From NCBI GenBank assembly GCA_964291405.2, contig OZ219926.1, positions 384,001 to 448,000 on the forward strand: DNA of 64,000 nucleotides, given 5' to 3'. The notes below the pieces were generated by a model. That model had not been told where the DNA came from. It was given only the letters and a program-made list of their open reading frames with translations, and searched no databases. Position numbers and translations under genes: made by a program. The DNA comes from Thermodesulfobacteriota bacterium. GTDB taxonomy: Bacteria; Desulfobacterota; Binatia; Bin18. This document shows positions 9,499-19,741 of this stretch, piece by piece. Positions within the stretch are counted from its first letter, which is position 1. The number at the start of each line of letters is the position of its first letter.

Positions 9499-11778
9499 TC
9501 ACACGACGGACTCTCCCAAGCGCATCGTCCGCAATCGTAGGGAATTCGTCAACACCGAGACCGAACTCAAGGCCATGGCGGACGCGGCAACCATGGGGTC
9601 GAGCAGAATGCCAAAGAACGGATAGAGCAGTCCGGCGGCAAGCGGAATACCCGCGGTATTATAGGCAAACGCCCAGAATAGATTCTGCCGAATGACCTGG
9701 ACGGTTCGCTGCGACAGGGCAATTGCCGTTGCCACGCCGCTTAATTCGCCACGCATTAGCGTAATATCGGCAGCCTCAAGGGCAATATCCGTCCCGGTAC
9801 CCACGGCAATACCAACCGTCGCTTGGGCCAGGGCTGGGGCGTCGTTGATTCCATCGCCGACCATGGCGACGGCAGCGCTGTTTTCTTGGAGGCGCGCAAT
9901 CTCGGCCGCCTTATCCCCGGGCAAGACTTCGGCCAATACCCGTGTAATACCGGCCTGGCGGGCAATTGCCTGGGCGGTGTGGCGGTTGTCTCCGGTCAGC
10001 ATGACCGTTTCGAGCCCCATCTGTTGAAGTCGGTGGACAGCCTCGGCAGCCTGAGGCTTGAGCGTATCGGCGACCGCAATCAGCCCGACGACGCGCCGGT
10101 TGACCGCCACATAGAGCGGTGTCTTCCCCTCACGCGAGAGGCGCTCGCCGTGTTCCAGCATATCGTCAGACTGGATACCACGCTGGGCGAGGAGCCGTCG
10201 GCTGCCCACCAGGACGAGTTTCCCATCGATCCGGGCTTCGACGCCGTGTCCGGCCAGCGCCACAAACGACTCGACCGGCCCGAGCGTCACCCCCTGCGCC
10301 TTGGCCTGTTGTACAACGGCCTGTCCCAGCGGATGCTCGCTGTGCCATTCCGCACGCGCGGCCACACACAGGACCTCTTTGCTGCTCAGCGTTGCCCGCT
10401 CGGGCAGCGTCTCGGACGGAACAACCTCAGTCACCGCGGGCTTTCCAGTCGTCAGGGTACCGGTTTTGTCAAAGACCACGGTGGTCAGGGTATGCGCCCG
10501 CTCCAATATCTCTCCGCCTTTAATGAGCACGCCGTACTCGGCCCCACGCCCGGTGCCAACCATGATGGCGGTCGGAGTGGCCAAGCCCAGCGAACATGGA
10601 CAGGCAATAATCAACACGGCCACAAAGGTCATGAGGGCAAAGGTGAGAGACGGGTTCGGTCCGAACATCAGCCAGAGACAAAACGTGACAACGGCAGTCG
10701 CAATAACCGCTGGCACAAAGTAGGCTGCAATTGTGTCGGCCAGGCGTTGAATCGGCGCTTTTGAGCCCTGGGCCTGACGGACGAGATCAATGATTCGAGC
10801 CAGGGCAGTCTCTTTGCCGACCTTGGTCGCCAGTACAGTCAGCGCTCCCATTGTGTTGAGCGTCGCCCCCGTCACGCTGTCTCCGGGCTCCTTTTCAACC
10901 GGCAGGCTTTCGCCGGTCAGCATGGATTCGTCAACCGCAGACGAGCCCGCTTGGACGATACCGTCGACAGGAAGGGACTCACCAGGCCGGACAAGAATCT
11001 GATCGCCAACCTGGACCTGCTCGACCGGAACGGTTTCTTGCTCCCCCTCCCCACGCAACACTGTCGCCGTTTTGGGTTGCAATTGGGCAAGCCGCCGAAC
11101 GGCTTCGGTCGCTCTTCTCTTCGCACGCGCTTCCAGCAAACGACCCAACAGGATCAGGGTAATAATCACCGCGGCAGTATCGAAATACATCTGGGGCTGC
11201 TGTCCGACTGCCACAAAAAAACCGGGAGCAAACACCGCCACCGTACTGTAGAGATAGGCCGCCGAGGTCCCGACCGCGATCAGGGTATTCATATCGCTGG
11301 AACCGTGCCGCGCCCTGGCCCAGGCATTTCGATAAAACTGTCCGCCGACCCAGAATTGGACAGGGGTGGTGAGGACGAACAGCCACAGAGGAGCGCCGAA
11401 TGGCAGGAAAGATAACAGCGGTGTCATGCTTCCCATCAGGATCACCACCGTCAACACGGCGCTGACGATCAGCTTCTTTTTCAGCAGGAGGTAGTCCTCC
11501 CGGTGCTGGCGCTCGATCTCCCCTTCGGCTATCTCCCCGCGTTCGACCATTTCAAAGCCGGTTGAGGCAACCGCCACGCCAATACCAGGCAGGCTGACTT
11601 GCCCGGGCAGATATTCCACCACGGCTTCTTCACTTGCCAGGTTGACACTCGCCCGTACGACACCCGGCGTTTGGGACAGAGCCCGTTCGACTTTGGCAAC
11701 GCACGCGGCACAGTGCATGCCGCGAATGCCGATACGAGTCAAAGTCGGGCTTTGTGTGGATTCAGCAACAGCCTCCAT
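9499..11778 (-). CDS. copA: Cu(I)-translocating P1B-type ATPase
   Basis: GMHCAAC HMA domain, [26 protein letters not shown] and MALSS transmembrane motifs. Confidence 0.95.
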   Translation of the reverse strand: MEAVAESTQSPTLTRIGIRGMHCAACVAKVERALSQTPGVVRASVNLASEEAVVEYLPGQVSLPGIGVAVASTGFEMVERGEIAEGEIERQHREDYLLLKKKLIVSAVLTVVILMGSMTPLLSFLPFGAPLWLFVLTTPVQFWVGGQFYRNAWARARHGSSDMNTLIAVGTSAAYLYSTVAVFAPGFFVAVGQQPQMYFDTAAVIITLILLGRLLEARAKRRATEAVRRLAQLQPKTATVLRGEGEQETVPVEQVQVGDQILVRPGESLPVDGIVQAGSSAVDESMLTGESLPVEKEPGDSVTGATLNTMGALTVLATKVGKETALARIIDLVRQAQGSKAPIQRLADTIAAYFVPAVIATAVVTFCLWLMFGPNPSLTFALMTFVAVLIIACPCSLGLATPTAIMVGTGRGAEYGVLIKGGEILERAHTLTTVVFDKTGTLTTGKPAVTEVVPSETLPERATLSSKEVLCVAARAEWHSEHPLGQAVVQQAKAQGVTLGPVESFVALAGHGVEARIDGKLVLVGSRRLLAQRGIQSDDMLEHGERLSREGKTPLYVAVNRRVVGLIAVADTLKPQAAEAVHRLQQMGLETVMLTGDNRHTAQAIARQAGITRVLAEVLPGDKAAEIARLQENSAAVAMVGDGINDAPALAQATVGIAVGTGTDIALEAADITLMRGELSGVATAIALSQRTVQVIRQNLFWAFAYNTAGIPLAAGLLYPFFGILLDPMVAASAMALSSVSVLTNSLRLRTMRLGESVV

Positions 11779-12189
11779 TCACTCGCCTTCCAGAGCATGC
11801 AAAATAGGACAGCCGTCGATTGAGCCCTTACCCTCACACAGGGCAGTCACGTGTGCCAAAGCGTCTCGCATTTCCGTAAGATGCTGAATCTTTGCCTCAA
11901 TGTCTTCTAATTTCGCCTCTGCCCGGGCTTTAATCGACGCGCGGCTCGTCTTAGGATTTTTACGGAGGAAGAGCAAGTCTGAAATCTCATTCAGCGAAAA
12001 ACCGAGCCTTTGGGCACGTTTAATAAAACGGACCTGTTGGATTGCCGTCTCAGGGTAGCGGCGATAGTTCGTCCTACTCCGCGGCGGTTTGGGTAGAATT
12101 CCTCGCCGTTCATAATAGCGCAGGGTTTCGATATTCACCTCCGCCTACTTTGCCACCTCACCTGTAGTTAATCCATTGATACCAGGCAT
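11779..12189 (-). pseudogene. MerR-family (CueR-like) metal regulator with in-frame TAG at codon 15
   Basis: AGGAG RBS plus ATG at 12189: MPGINGLTTGEVAK*AEVNIETLRYYERRG...CEGKGSIDGCPIL; TAG at 12145-12147. Confidence 0.8.
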
Positions 12190-12211
12190 ACGGTCTCCTA
12201 TCTGTACAATA

Positions 12212-12243
12212 ACTATACACCCCGGATCCAGGTACGGAGTCAA
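12212..12243 (-). promoter_or_regulatory. MerR-type promoter/operator with long spacer
   Basis: TTGACT-CCGTACCTGGATCCGGGGTG (20 bp)-TATAGT; closely resembles Tn501/Tn21 merOP TTGACTCCGTAC....GTACGG. Confidence 0.8.
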
Positions 12244-12302
12244 GAGCGATTTTCGTTTCCTGCTGGACGCCAGATACGCCGGTGTGTTAGGGCGAAGAGA
12301 AT

Positions 12303-12334
12303 CCTCACCCCAGCCCTCGCTCTTGGGGAGAGGG
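12303..12334. repeat. CCCTCACCCC...GGGAGAGGG-type REP-like element
   Basis: CCTCACCCCAGCCCTCGCTCTTGGGGAGAGGG; degenerate reverse copy near 28878-28908. Confidence 0.5.
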
Positions 12335-12350
12335 AAATAAGGAGAACAGT

Positions 12351-13532
12351 ATGAATGCGAAGGCCGGCGCGCAGGAACGATTTACGCAAGCTCAAGATGA
12401 CCTGATTGCTCTGAGCCATCGTATTCACGCTCATCCAGAGCTCGGTTTTGAGGAGGAGAAAGCGTGTGCCTGGATTGCAGAAACGCTCAGCGACGCCGGC
12501 TTTCGCGTAGAAACCGGCATTTGTGGCCTGCCGACCGCTTTTGTGGCACGCGCCGGCAGCGGACCGTTGCATATTACCATCTGCGCTGAATACGACTGCT
12601 TGCCCGGTATCGGCCATGCCTGCGGTCATAATATTATCGCCGCATCCGCGGTGGGCGCCGGGATTGCCGCGGCTCAGGTGGCGGACGAGGTAGGGCTGAC
12701 CGTGAGTGTGCTCGGGACACCCGCCGAAGAAGCGGGAGACGCTGGGGGAAAGATTCTCCTCTTGGAACGGGAGGCATTCACAGATGCTCATGCCGCCATG
12801 ATGGTCCACCCGGCTCCTATGGATGTGGTTGATCCAGCCATTATCGCCTGCTCCATGTTTCACGTGCATTATACGGGCAAGGCGGCCCACGCTTCTGCTT
12901 TTCCCGAACACGGCATCAATGCGGCTGACGCCTTAACAGTGGCACAAACGGCCATTGGTCTTCTGCGGCAGCACATCCGCTCAACGGATCGCATTCACGG
13001 TATTATCACCCAGGGTGGAGACGCTCCCAACATCATTCCCGCTCATACCGAGGCCAAGTATATTGTCCGGGCCAAGACCCTGGACGATCTGGATACTATC
13101 AAAGAAAAAGTTCAGCGCTGTTTTGAAGCGGGTGCCCTGGCAACCGGCGCAACGCTCGAAATCGTTGGCGGAGACAAGCCCTATGCGGAGCACCGCTCCG
13201 ATATGGAGATCGCGAATCTGTACGAACGGAACGCGGAAGCGCTCGGGCGCGTTTTTCCAGAACGCGGTCCGGCAATTGAACGCGCGGCGGGTTCAACGGA
13301 TATGGGCAATGTGTCTCTGGCCCTCCCCTCGATCCATCCATTTATCGGGATTGACTCGTTGCCGGCGGTGAATCACCAACCCGAATTCACTGCGCACTGC
13401 GTAACCCAGGCTGCGGACAAAGCCTTAATCGACGGAGCCCTGTCCATGGCCTGGACGGCCATTGATATGGCGACAGATGAGCGGATACGTGACCGACTGA
13501 TACAGCGAAAAGCCGCTGAGGCGACCGCCTAG
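12351..13532 (+). CDS. M20 family amidohydrolase (PM20D2/ACY1L2-like), copy 1
   Basis: HPELGFEE, AEYD.LPGIGHACGHN, GTPAEE, GSTDMGNVS. Confidence 0.93.
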   Translation: MNAKAGAQERFTQAQDDLIALSHRIHAHPELGFEEEKACAWIAETLSDAGFRVETGICGLPTAFVARAGSGPLHITICAEYDCLPGIGHACGHNIIAASAVGAGIAAAQVADEVGLTVSVLGTPAEEAGDAGGKILLLEREAFTDAHAAMMVHPAPMDVVDPAIIACSMFHVHYTGKAAHASAFPEHGINAADALTVAQTAIGLLRQHIRSTDRIHGIITQGGDAPNIIPAHTEAKYIVRAKTLDDLDTIKEKVQRCFEAGALATGATLEIVGGDKPYAEHRSDMEIANLYERNAEALGRVFPERGPAIERAAGSTDMGNVSLALPSIHPFIGIDSLPAVNHQPEFTAHCVTQAADKALIDGALSMAWTAIDMATDERIRDRLIQRKAAEATA

Positions 13533-13536
13533 GGTA

Positions 13537-13929
13537 TTATCCTCCCAAGATGGCAAAGCCCAGCAGCGCCACGGCGAAGTAGGCGGCGATCACTGCCGCA
13601 CCAGCGTAATCTTGGGCCAAGCGTTGACCGAAGAACAGGCACAGCAACGAGACGGTTGAGAATACCAGTCCCAACACGGCCAGGCTCGTTCCCATACCGA
13701 GCAGGATCATCAGCGCGCCAAGGCCGCTCAATACGCCGGCCAGCGATTCGAGGACCGTGATGGTCCAGAACATCGCCGGAACCATGGCGGCCAGCGGACT
13801 ATTGGAAAAATGGCCGCTGAAAAACTCGATATTCCCCGCGCGATCCAGCCACTTATCGGCTGCCGATTGTAAAAAAGCGATGGCAAAAAAGACCGAAACA
13901 GCGAGTTGTCCACACCAGACGGTATCCAT
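13537..13929 (-). CDS. DoxX-family membrane protein
   Basis: ATG at 13929 after AGGAGG; FLQSAADK..D..GN...F..HF...LFFGQRLAQDYAGAA. Confidence 0.8.
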   Translation of the reverse strand: MDTVWCGQLAVSVFFAIAFLQSAADKWLDRAGNIEFFSGHFSNSPLAAMVPAMFWTITVLESLAGVLSGLGALMILLGMGTSLAVLGLVFSTVSLLCLFFGQRLAQDYAGAAVIAAYFAVALLGFAILGG

Positions 13930-14068
13930 ACAATCCTCCTTCTTCTTTCTCGCTTTCACAGACGCCCTGCCTTCATGTACCACGTTCTTTCGTCGATTTG
14001 GAAGGATATTTTCTCCTGGACGCCGCGGCAGGACGTGTGGTAAGGCAGGAAGGGAAAAAGGAGTGCCC

Positions 14069-15244
14069 ATGGATGCCAAGGCTGGAGCCCAGGAACGATT
14101 TGACCAGGCACGAGACGATCTCATTGCCCTGAGTCACCGGATTCACGCCAACCCCGAGTTGGGCTTTGAAGAAGAAAAGGCGGCCCACTGGCTGTCAGAA
14201 ACGCTGGTCGACGCGGGATTCTCGGTTGAAACGGGCATCTGCGATCTTCCGACCGCGTTCATAGCCCGGGCCGGAAGCGGACCGCTGCATATCGGCCTCT
14301 GTGCGGAATATGACAGCCTACCTGGGATCGGCCATGCCTGTGGTCATAATATTATTGCCGCAGCGTCGGTTGGGGCCGGAATTGCTGCGGCAAAAATTGC
14401 GGATGAGGTAGGTCTGACCGTAAGCGTGATCGGCACTCCGGCAGAAGAAGTATGTGATGCCGGAGGGAAAATCCTCTTGCTCGAACGCGGCGCGTTCGAG
14501 GGCATGCACGCGGCGATGATGGTCCATCCCGCGCCAAAGGACGTGGTTGAATTCCCCATTATTGCCGCCTCCATGTTTGAGGTATGCTATCACGGTAAAG
14601 AAGCGCACGCCTCAGCCTTTCCCGAACGCGGCATTAATGCTGCGGATGCCCTGACTGTCGCCCAAACGGCCATTGGTCTACTCCGCCAACACATCCACTC
14701 TACGGATCGGATTCATGGCATGATTACCAAAGGGGGTGACGCGCCCAACATCATCCCCGCCCACACGGTGGCGAAGTATATTGTCCGGGCGAACACCCTG
14801 GCAGACCTTGATGAGATCAAACAGAAGGTTGTCAGGTGCTTTGAAGCGGGCGCGCTGGCAACCGGCTCCAAGCTCGAAATCCACGGCGGTGAAAAACCGT
14901 ATGCGGAGATGTTGCACGACCCGGATATAGCCGCGGCCTATCGTCAGAATGCCGAAGCGCTGGGCCGGGTTTTTCCAACCCTTGATCCGTCCCTCAAACG
15001 CGCGGCGGGCTCAACGGATATGGGCAATGTCTCCCTTGCCATGCCCGCCATTCACCCCGCCATTGGTATTGATTCGCTGCCCGCCGTCAACCATCAGCCC
15101 GAGTTTACCGCTCACTGCGTAACCGAAGCTGCGGATAAGGCCATTATTGACGGAGCCCTGTCACTGGCCTGGACCGCAGTTGATATGGCGATAAATGTGG
15201 AGGTCCGAGATCGGCTCTTAGACCGCGTTATGAAGGTCGAGTGA
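14069..15244 (+). CDS. M20 family amidohydrolase, copy 2
   Basis: Start MDAKAGAQERF after AAGGAG; colinear with and highly similar to 12351-13532. Confidence 0.93.
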   Translation: MDAKAGAQERFDQARDDLIALSHRIHANPELGFEEEKAAHWLSETLVDAGFSVETGICDLPTAFIARAGSGPLHIGLCAEYDSLPGIGHACGHNIIAAASVGAGIAAAKIADEVGLTVSVIGTPAEEVCDAGGKILLLERGAFEGMHAAMMVHPAPKDVVEFPIIAASMFEVCYHGKEAHASAFPERGINAADALTVAQTAIGLLRQHIHSTDRIHGMITKGGDAPNIIPAHTVAKYIVRANTLADLDEIKQKVVRCFEAGALATGSKLEIHGGEKPYAEMLHDPDIAAAYRQNAEALGRVFPTLDPSLKRAAGSTDMGNVSLAMPAIHPAIGIDSLPAVNHQPEFTAHCVTEAADKAIIDGALSLAWTAVDMAINVEVRDRLLDRVMKVE

Positions 15245-15275
15245 GGTCGCCGGCCTGAGGCCCCTGCCCTACGCG

Positions 15276-16106
15276 CTAAATATTTGCCGGTGTCACCGCC
15301 AGACCGGGGGTATCCACCCGGGTACGAAAAATCGTTCCCTTCCGGTCCGGGTCTTCGGTATTATCCGCCGTCACAATATACAGATCGCGCCGGTCCGCGC
15401 CGCCAAAACATAAACTCGTGACCGCCTTGGCCGGCACCTCAACCTTCCGGTCTTCCTTACCCTCAGGCGTGTAGCGCAGGGCACAGCTACCACCATAGAC
15501 AGCGACCCACACGCAGCCGTCCTCATCAACCGCCAAGCCATCAGGCACCCAATCAGCAGGCAGACTGGCCAGAACGCGGCGGTTCGTCATCGACCCGTCA
15601 GCCGCAACATCGTGCAGGATAATATGCCGTGGCACGCTGTCCGAATGGTAGAGTCTGCTCCCGTCCGGCGAGAAGCCAATGCCGTTGGTGATACCAACAT
15701 CGCCGTACAGTTCAACCGCCGAATCCTCACCCGCCAGCCGCCACAACTCGCCGGGGACCTGAACCTTGAGCTTGAAGGGATCGGAGCGCAGTGAGCCGAC
15801 CAGGACCCGGCCTTGGGAATCCGTGAAGAGATCGTTAAAGCCGGGAATATCGTCGCGCTGGAACAGGATGCGCGTCGTACCGTCTTTGACATGACACACG
15901 TTCTTGCCGGAGATGACCAAGCCACCAGCCGCATGCAGGGCGATGCCACCAACCCCACGCCGGCGCGGCACAACAGTCGAGATCTCTCCGCCTGGTGCGC
16001 GGCAGTACACCCCGCCGTTGGTCACATCACTGAAGTATAAATTGTCCGCGTCGTCTACTCGTGGACCTTCAAGCAGTCCATATCCGGAAGCAATGGTTTC
16101 AAGCAT
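15276..16106 (-). CDS. SMP-30/gluconolactonase/LRE family protein
   Basis: EGP, FND, NGIGFSPDG, PDGLAVD, TSLCFGG. Confidence 0.92.
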   Translation of the reverse strand: MLETIASGYGLLEGPRVDDADNLYFSDVTNGGVYCRAPGGEISTVVPRRRGVGGIALHAAGGLVISGKNVCHVKDGTTRILFQRDDIPGFNDLFTDSQGRVLVGSLRSDPFKLKVQVPGELWRLAGEDSAVELYGDVGITNGIGFSPDGSRLYHSDSVPRHIILHDVAADGSMTNRRVLASLPADWVPDGLAVDEDGCVWVAVYGGSCALRYTPEGKEDRKVEVPAKAVTSLCFGGADRRDLYIVTADNTEDPDRKGTIFRTRVDTPGLAVTPANI

Positions 16107-16139
16107 GCTCTCCCCTTTTCCTTGACGCTGATGCAGCCA

Positions 16140-17306
16140 TCAATCCAGTCCGTAGACTTTCGCAACGCTGTCGCCCAGCAAATTCTTTCGAGCCGTATCT
16201 GACAGAGGGCTGACCAGATTGTGCAGCGCCTCAATATAATTGCCCGGATGATCAAAATGCGGGTAGTCCGTGGCCCAGAAGAAACGATCGTTGCCCACAT
16301 GCTCCACGATGTGCGCCAGTGCGGTCTCGTCCGGGTCGCCCGATATCCAACACTGGCGCTGAAAATAAAAACTCGGATTTTCTTTGAGGCGAACGCTATG
16401 CCCGAGGGCGGTCCCATAGGTGGCATCCATGCGGTCAAGCACGGCCCCTATCCAGCCGGCCCCCGACTCCAGGAGCACGATCTTGAGGCACGGGAATCTG
16501 TCGAACAAGCCGTACTGAAACAAGATGTAAAAAGCCTGCTGCGGCCCCTGGGCACCAAGCATGGTCTGATACCAGTCCGCCCACTTGATATCCGTAAAGC
16601 GCTGATACACGCGTTTACTGGGATGCTCGGCCATGGGGTGGATACCAACCGGGACATCCAAATCCTGCGCGGCGGCCCAAAACGGATCGTAGTCCGGGTG
16701 GGCATGGGCTTTTGTGGTAATCGTGAACGGCGCAATAAACGCGCCCTTGCAGCCGGCTTTGACCGCCCGTTCCAGTTCGGTGGCTGCCTGCTCGCCACTC
16801 GTCAACGTAATATGCGCAATGGGCACTAGCCGGCCGTGCGTGTCGGAACAGAAGTCAACAATCCAGCGATTGTAGGCACGGGCATAGGCGTCGGCTAAGG
16901 CCGGGTCTTCCGTTTCGCACTCCCAGACCAGGCCGATGCTGGGGTAGAGAATCGTTGCCCGCAGTCCTTCTTGATCCAATAAAGCAACCCGCTCTTTCGG
17001 GTCCATCGCGCCAAAGGGCGCCGCTTCGGCATAGGTCTGGGTTTTAATGGATGTAACGATATCAGACGCGCTACGGCCCATTCCACCGAGTGAGGCAAAC
17101 GCCTTGATGTTGAAGAAGCGCGACGGACGGCCGTCGAGTTCGAGGTATTCCTTGCCGTCAGTGTTCAGACGGATGCGGAGCGCTCGCTCCCGAAAGGTCG
17201 GATCGATGTATTTTTCCCATACATCAGGCGGCTCCAAAACATGCCCGTCCGCGTCGATAATGTTGTCGTGACCAAGTAATTCCGAGGCCATCATCGGTTC
17301 AGCCAT
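16140..17306 (-). CDS. Amidohydrolase family protein (Amidohydro_2)
   Basis: IDADGHV, GIHP, LESGAGW, WATDYPH. Confidence 0.9.
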   Translation of the reverse strand: MAEPMMASELLGHDNIIDADGHVLEPPDVWEKYIDPTFRERALRIRLNTDGKEYLELDGRPSRFFNIKAFASLGGMGRSASDIVTSIKTQTYAEAAPFGAMDPKERVALLDQEGLRATILYPSIGLVWECETEDPALADAYARAYNRWIVDFCSDTHGRLVPIAHITLTSGEQAATELERAVKAGCKGAFIAPFTITTKAHAHPDYDPFWAAAQDLDVPVGIHPMAEHPSKRVYQRFTDIKWADWYQTMLGAQGPQQAFYILFQYGLFDRFPCLKIVLLESGAGWIGAVLDRMDATYGTALGHSVRLKENPSFYFQRQCWISGDPDETALAHIVEHVGNDRFFWATDYPHFDHPGNYIEALHNLVSPLSDTARKNLLGDSVAKVYGLD

Positions 17307-17473
17307 AATCCTCTACTTTCCGGCCCATCTACCCGGAGTCGCCCACAAGCTACAAGATGGCCCTCGACTGTCAAGGGTGAAGGCCAGGGTACAAGCTTGC
17401 ACGGAGTCGTCCGACAAGACTATAGAGCATATACTTGCCTTGCCACTATTTCTTTACCACGAAGGAGGGGACT

Positions 17474-19159
17474 ATGGCGTTCAATCCCAAACACTCCAGC
17501 CACATCATTACCGAGGGCCGCGACCGCGCCGGGGCGCGCTCCATGTTCAAGGCTATCGGCTTTACGGACGACGATCTGGCCAAACCGCTGGTCGGTGTGG
17601 CGCACACCTGGATTGAGACCATGCCGTGCAACTTCAATCAGCGTCGGCTGGCCGAAAAGGTCAAGCAGGGCGTGCGGGAGGCCGGCGGCACACCCATGGA
17701 AATCAACACCGTCTCCATCAGTGACGCCGTGACCATGGGGACGGAGGGCATGAAAGCCTCCCTCGTCAGCCGCGAAGTCATTGCCGACTCGATTGAGCTG
17801 GTCGGTCGGGGCTATATGTTTGACGCCATGGTCGTTATCGTGGGATGTGACAAGACCATTCCCGCCGGGGCGCTCGCCCTGGCCCGCCTCAATGTTCCAG
17901 GGCTGCTGTTGTATGGCGGTTCGATCGCACCCGGCCGCTTTCAGGACAAAGACGTGACCATTCAGGACGTGTTCGAGGCCATTGGTGCCAATGCCGCAGG
18001 ACGCATGAGCGACACTGACCTCAAACATATCGAGGACTTCGCCTGTCCGGGAGCCGGAGCCTGTGGCGGACAGTATACTGCCAACACCATGGCCACCGTT
18101 ATGGAATTCATCGGCCTGTCGCCCATGGGCACGGGCAGCGTTCCGGCGACCGCTACGCGCAAAGACGCGGTCGCGGTCGAGTGCGGGCAGCGCGTGATGG
18201 ATCTGCTCAACAAAAATATCCGACCGCTGGACATCTTGACCCGTCAGGCGTTTGAGAACGCCATTGCCTGTGTGGCCGCAACCGGCGGGTCAACCAACGC
18301 GGTGTTGCATTTACTGGCAATGGCGCGGGAAGCCAGTATTCCGCTCGATATTGACGATTTCGATACGGTCAGTCGCCGCACCCCGCTCATCGCCGACCTC
18401 AAACCCGGCGGGAAATACGTGGCGACGGATGTGGACAGAGCCGGCGGTATCCAACTGATTGCCCAGCGCCTGGTTGACGGCGGGCTGGTTGACGGCGAGC
18501 AACTGAACGCCAGCGGGGAAACCCTTGCGGTTGAGGCGGCAAGGGCCGTTGAAACCCCGGGTCAGGATGTCATTCTGCCGCTAGCGCGGCCTCTCAAAGA
18601 TACCGGCGGGCTGGTCATTCTGCGAGGCAATCTCGCGCCTGACGGCTGTGTCATCAAAGTCGCCGGGCATGAGCGCCCGTATCATCGCGGGCCGGCCCGT
18701 CTCTTCGAGTGTGAAGAAGACGCCATGGCAGCGGTCACGCAACGCCACATCAAAGGGGGCGATGTCGTGGTCATTCGCTACGAAGGCCCGAGGGGCGGGC
18801 CGGGCATGCGAGAGATGTTAGGCGTGACCGCTGCCATCGTGGGCGAAGGGCTCGGCGACTCCGTGTCCTTAATCACGGACGGACGCTTTAGCGGGGCGAC
18901 GCGCGGCCTCATGGCCGGTCATATTGCGCCGGAAGCCGCAGTTGGCGGCCCTATCGCGATTCTCCGGGAAGGCGACGTGGTGGTGATCGACATTGAAAAC
19001 CGTCAGCTCAATGTTGAGTTGAGCGATGCCGAAATACAAACCCGCCTGGCCGACTGGCAACCACCGACCCCGCGTTACACCTCCGGCGTGTTCGCCAAAT
19101 ACGCGGCCCAGGTCACCTCCGCCTCCGAGGGCGCGGTTACCCAGCCGGGTAGTATCTAG
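17474..19159 (+). CDS. ilvD: Dihydroxy-acid dehydratase
   Basis: PCN, GCDK, GACGGQYTANTM, GGSTN, EGPRGGPGMREM, TDGRFSG. Confidence 0.96.
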   Translation: MAFNPKHSSHIITEGRDRAGARSMFKAIGFTDDDLAKPLVGVAHTWIETMPCNFNQRRLAEKVKQGVREAGGTPMEINTVSISDAVTMGTEGMKASLVSREVIADSIELVGRGYMFDAMVVIVGCDKTIPAGALALARLNVPGLLLYGGSIAPGRFQDKDVTIQDVFEAIGANAAGRMSDTDLKHIEDFACPGAGACGGQYTANTMATVMEFIGLSPMGTGSVPATATRKDAVAVECGQRVMDLLNKNIRPLDILTRQAFENAIACVAATGGSTNAVLHLLAMAREASIPLDIDDFDTVSRRTPLIADLKPGGKYVATDVDRAGGIQLIAQRLVDGGLVDGEQLNASGETLAVEAARAVETPGQDVILPLARPLKDTGGLVILRGNLAPDGCVIKVAGHERPYHRGPARLFECEEDAMAAVTQRHIKGGDVVVIRYEGPRGGPGMREMLGVTAAIVGEGLGDSVSLITDGRFSGATRGLMAGHIAPEAAVGGPIAILREGDVVVIDIENRQLNVELSDAEIQTRLADWQPPTPRYTSGVFAKYAAQVTSASEGAVTQPGSI

Positions 19160-19321
19160 ATGCCCTATATGAAAGGGCCCTGGCCTAGCAACGGCAGAGT
19201 CGGAAATTGATTAGATATGCCCCGCATCGCTTCGCTTGCGAAGCCTCAGACAGGTGGGCTATAAGGGGGCATCTTACTCTGATCGGCATCGGTGCGACGA
19301 TGCACAGCAAAGGAGGTCCGT

Positions 19322-19711
19322 ATGAGTGACGCGAGTAAAGGTGTTGTCCTAGGGTTCTTTGAGAATTTTTCCGCCGGGAATTTTGACGCCGCACTGGACC
19401 TGATGACCGACGACGCCACGTGGTGGGTGGCCGGCAAGTTCGAGTTGTCCGGCACCAAGACCAAAGCGGAGTTCGGCGAACTGGTCAAAGGCATTGGCGC
19501 GGCTATGCCGAACGGCCTGAAAATCACGCCCAAAGGTGTGATTGCCGAGGGAGACCGGGTTGCGGTTGAAGCCGAGTCGTATGGCGAGTTGGCCAACGGC
19601 AAGGTCTATAACAACCAGTATCACTTTCTGATTGAATTATCGGACGGCAAAATCAAAGCCGTGCGGGAATACCTGGATACGATCCACGCCAAAGAAATTC
19701 TGGTTGGCTAA
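19322..19711 (+). CDS. SnoaL-like/ketosteroid isomerase-like NTF2 protein
   Basis: AEGDRVAVE...YNNQYHF...DGKI..VREYLDT. Confidence 0.88.
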   Translation: MSDASKGVVLGFFENFSAGNFDAALDLMTDDATWWVAGKFELSGTKTKAEFGELVKGIGAAMPNGLKITPKGVIAEGDRVAVEAESYGELANGKVYNNQYHFLIELSDGKIKAVREYLDTIHAKEILVG

Positions 19712-19741
19712 TATCTCATGAGGGCGGCGGGAACGTCGCCC

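Noticed and set aside
12145-12147. Amber recoding or pyrrolysine as the explanation for the in-frame TAG
   Set aside because: Many genes here (efp, ilvD, boxB, paaX) end at TAG at their expected C-termini, and no pyl genes are visible
13757-14068. 104-aa N-terminal extension of the second M20 peptidase in the ORF track
   Set aside because: It overlaps the antisense DoxX gene; the paralog and the RBS support a start at 14069
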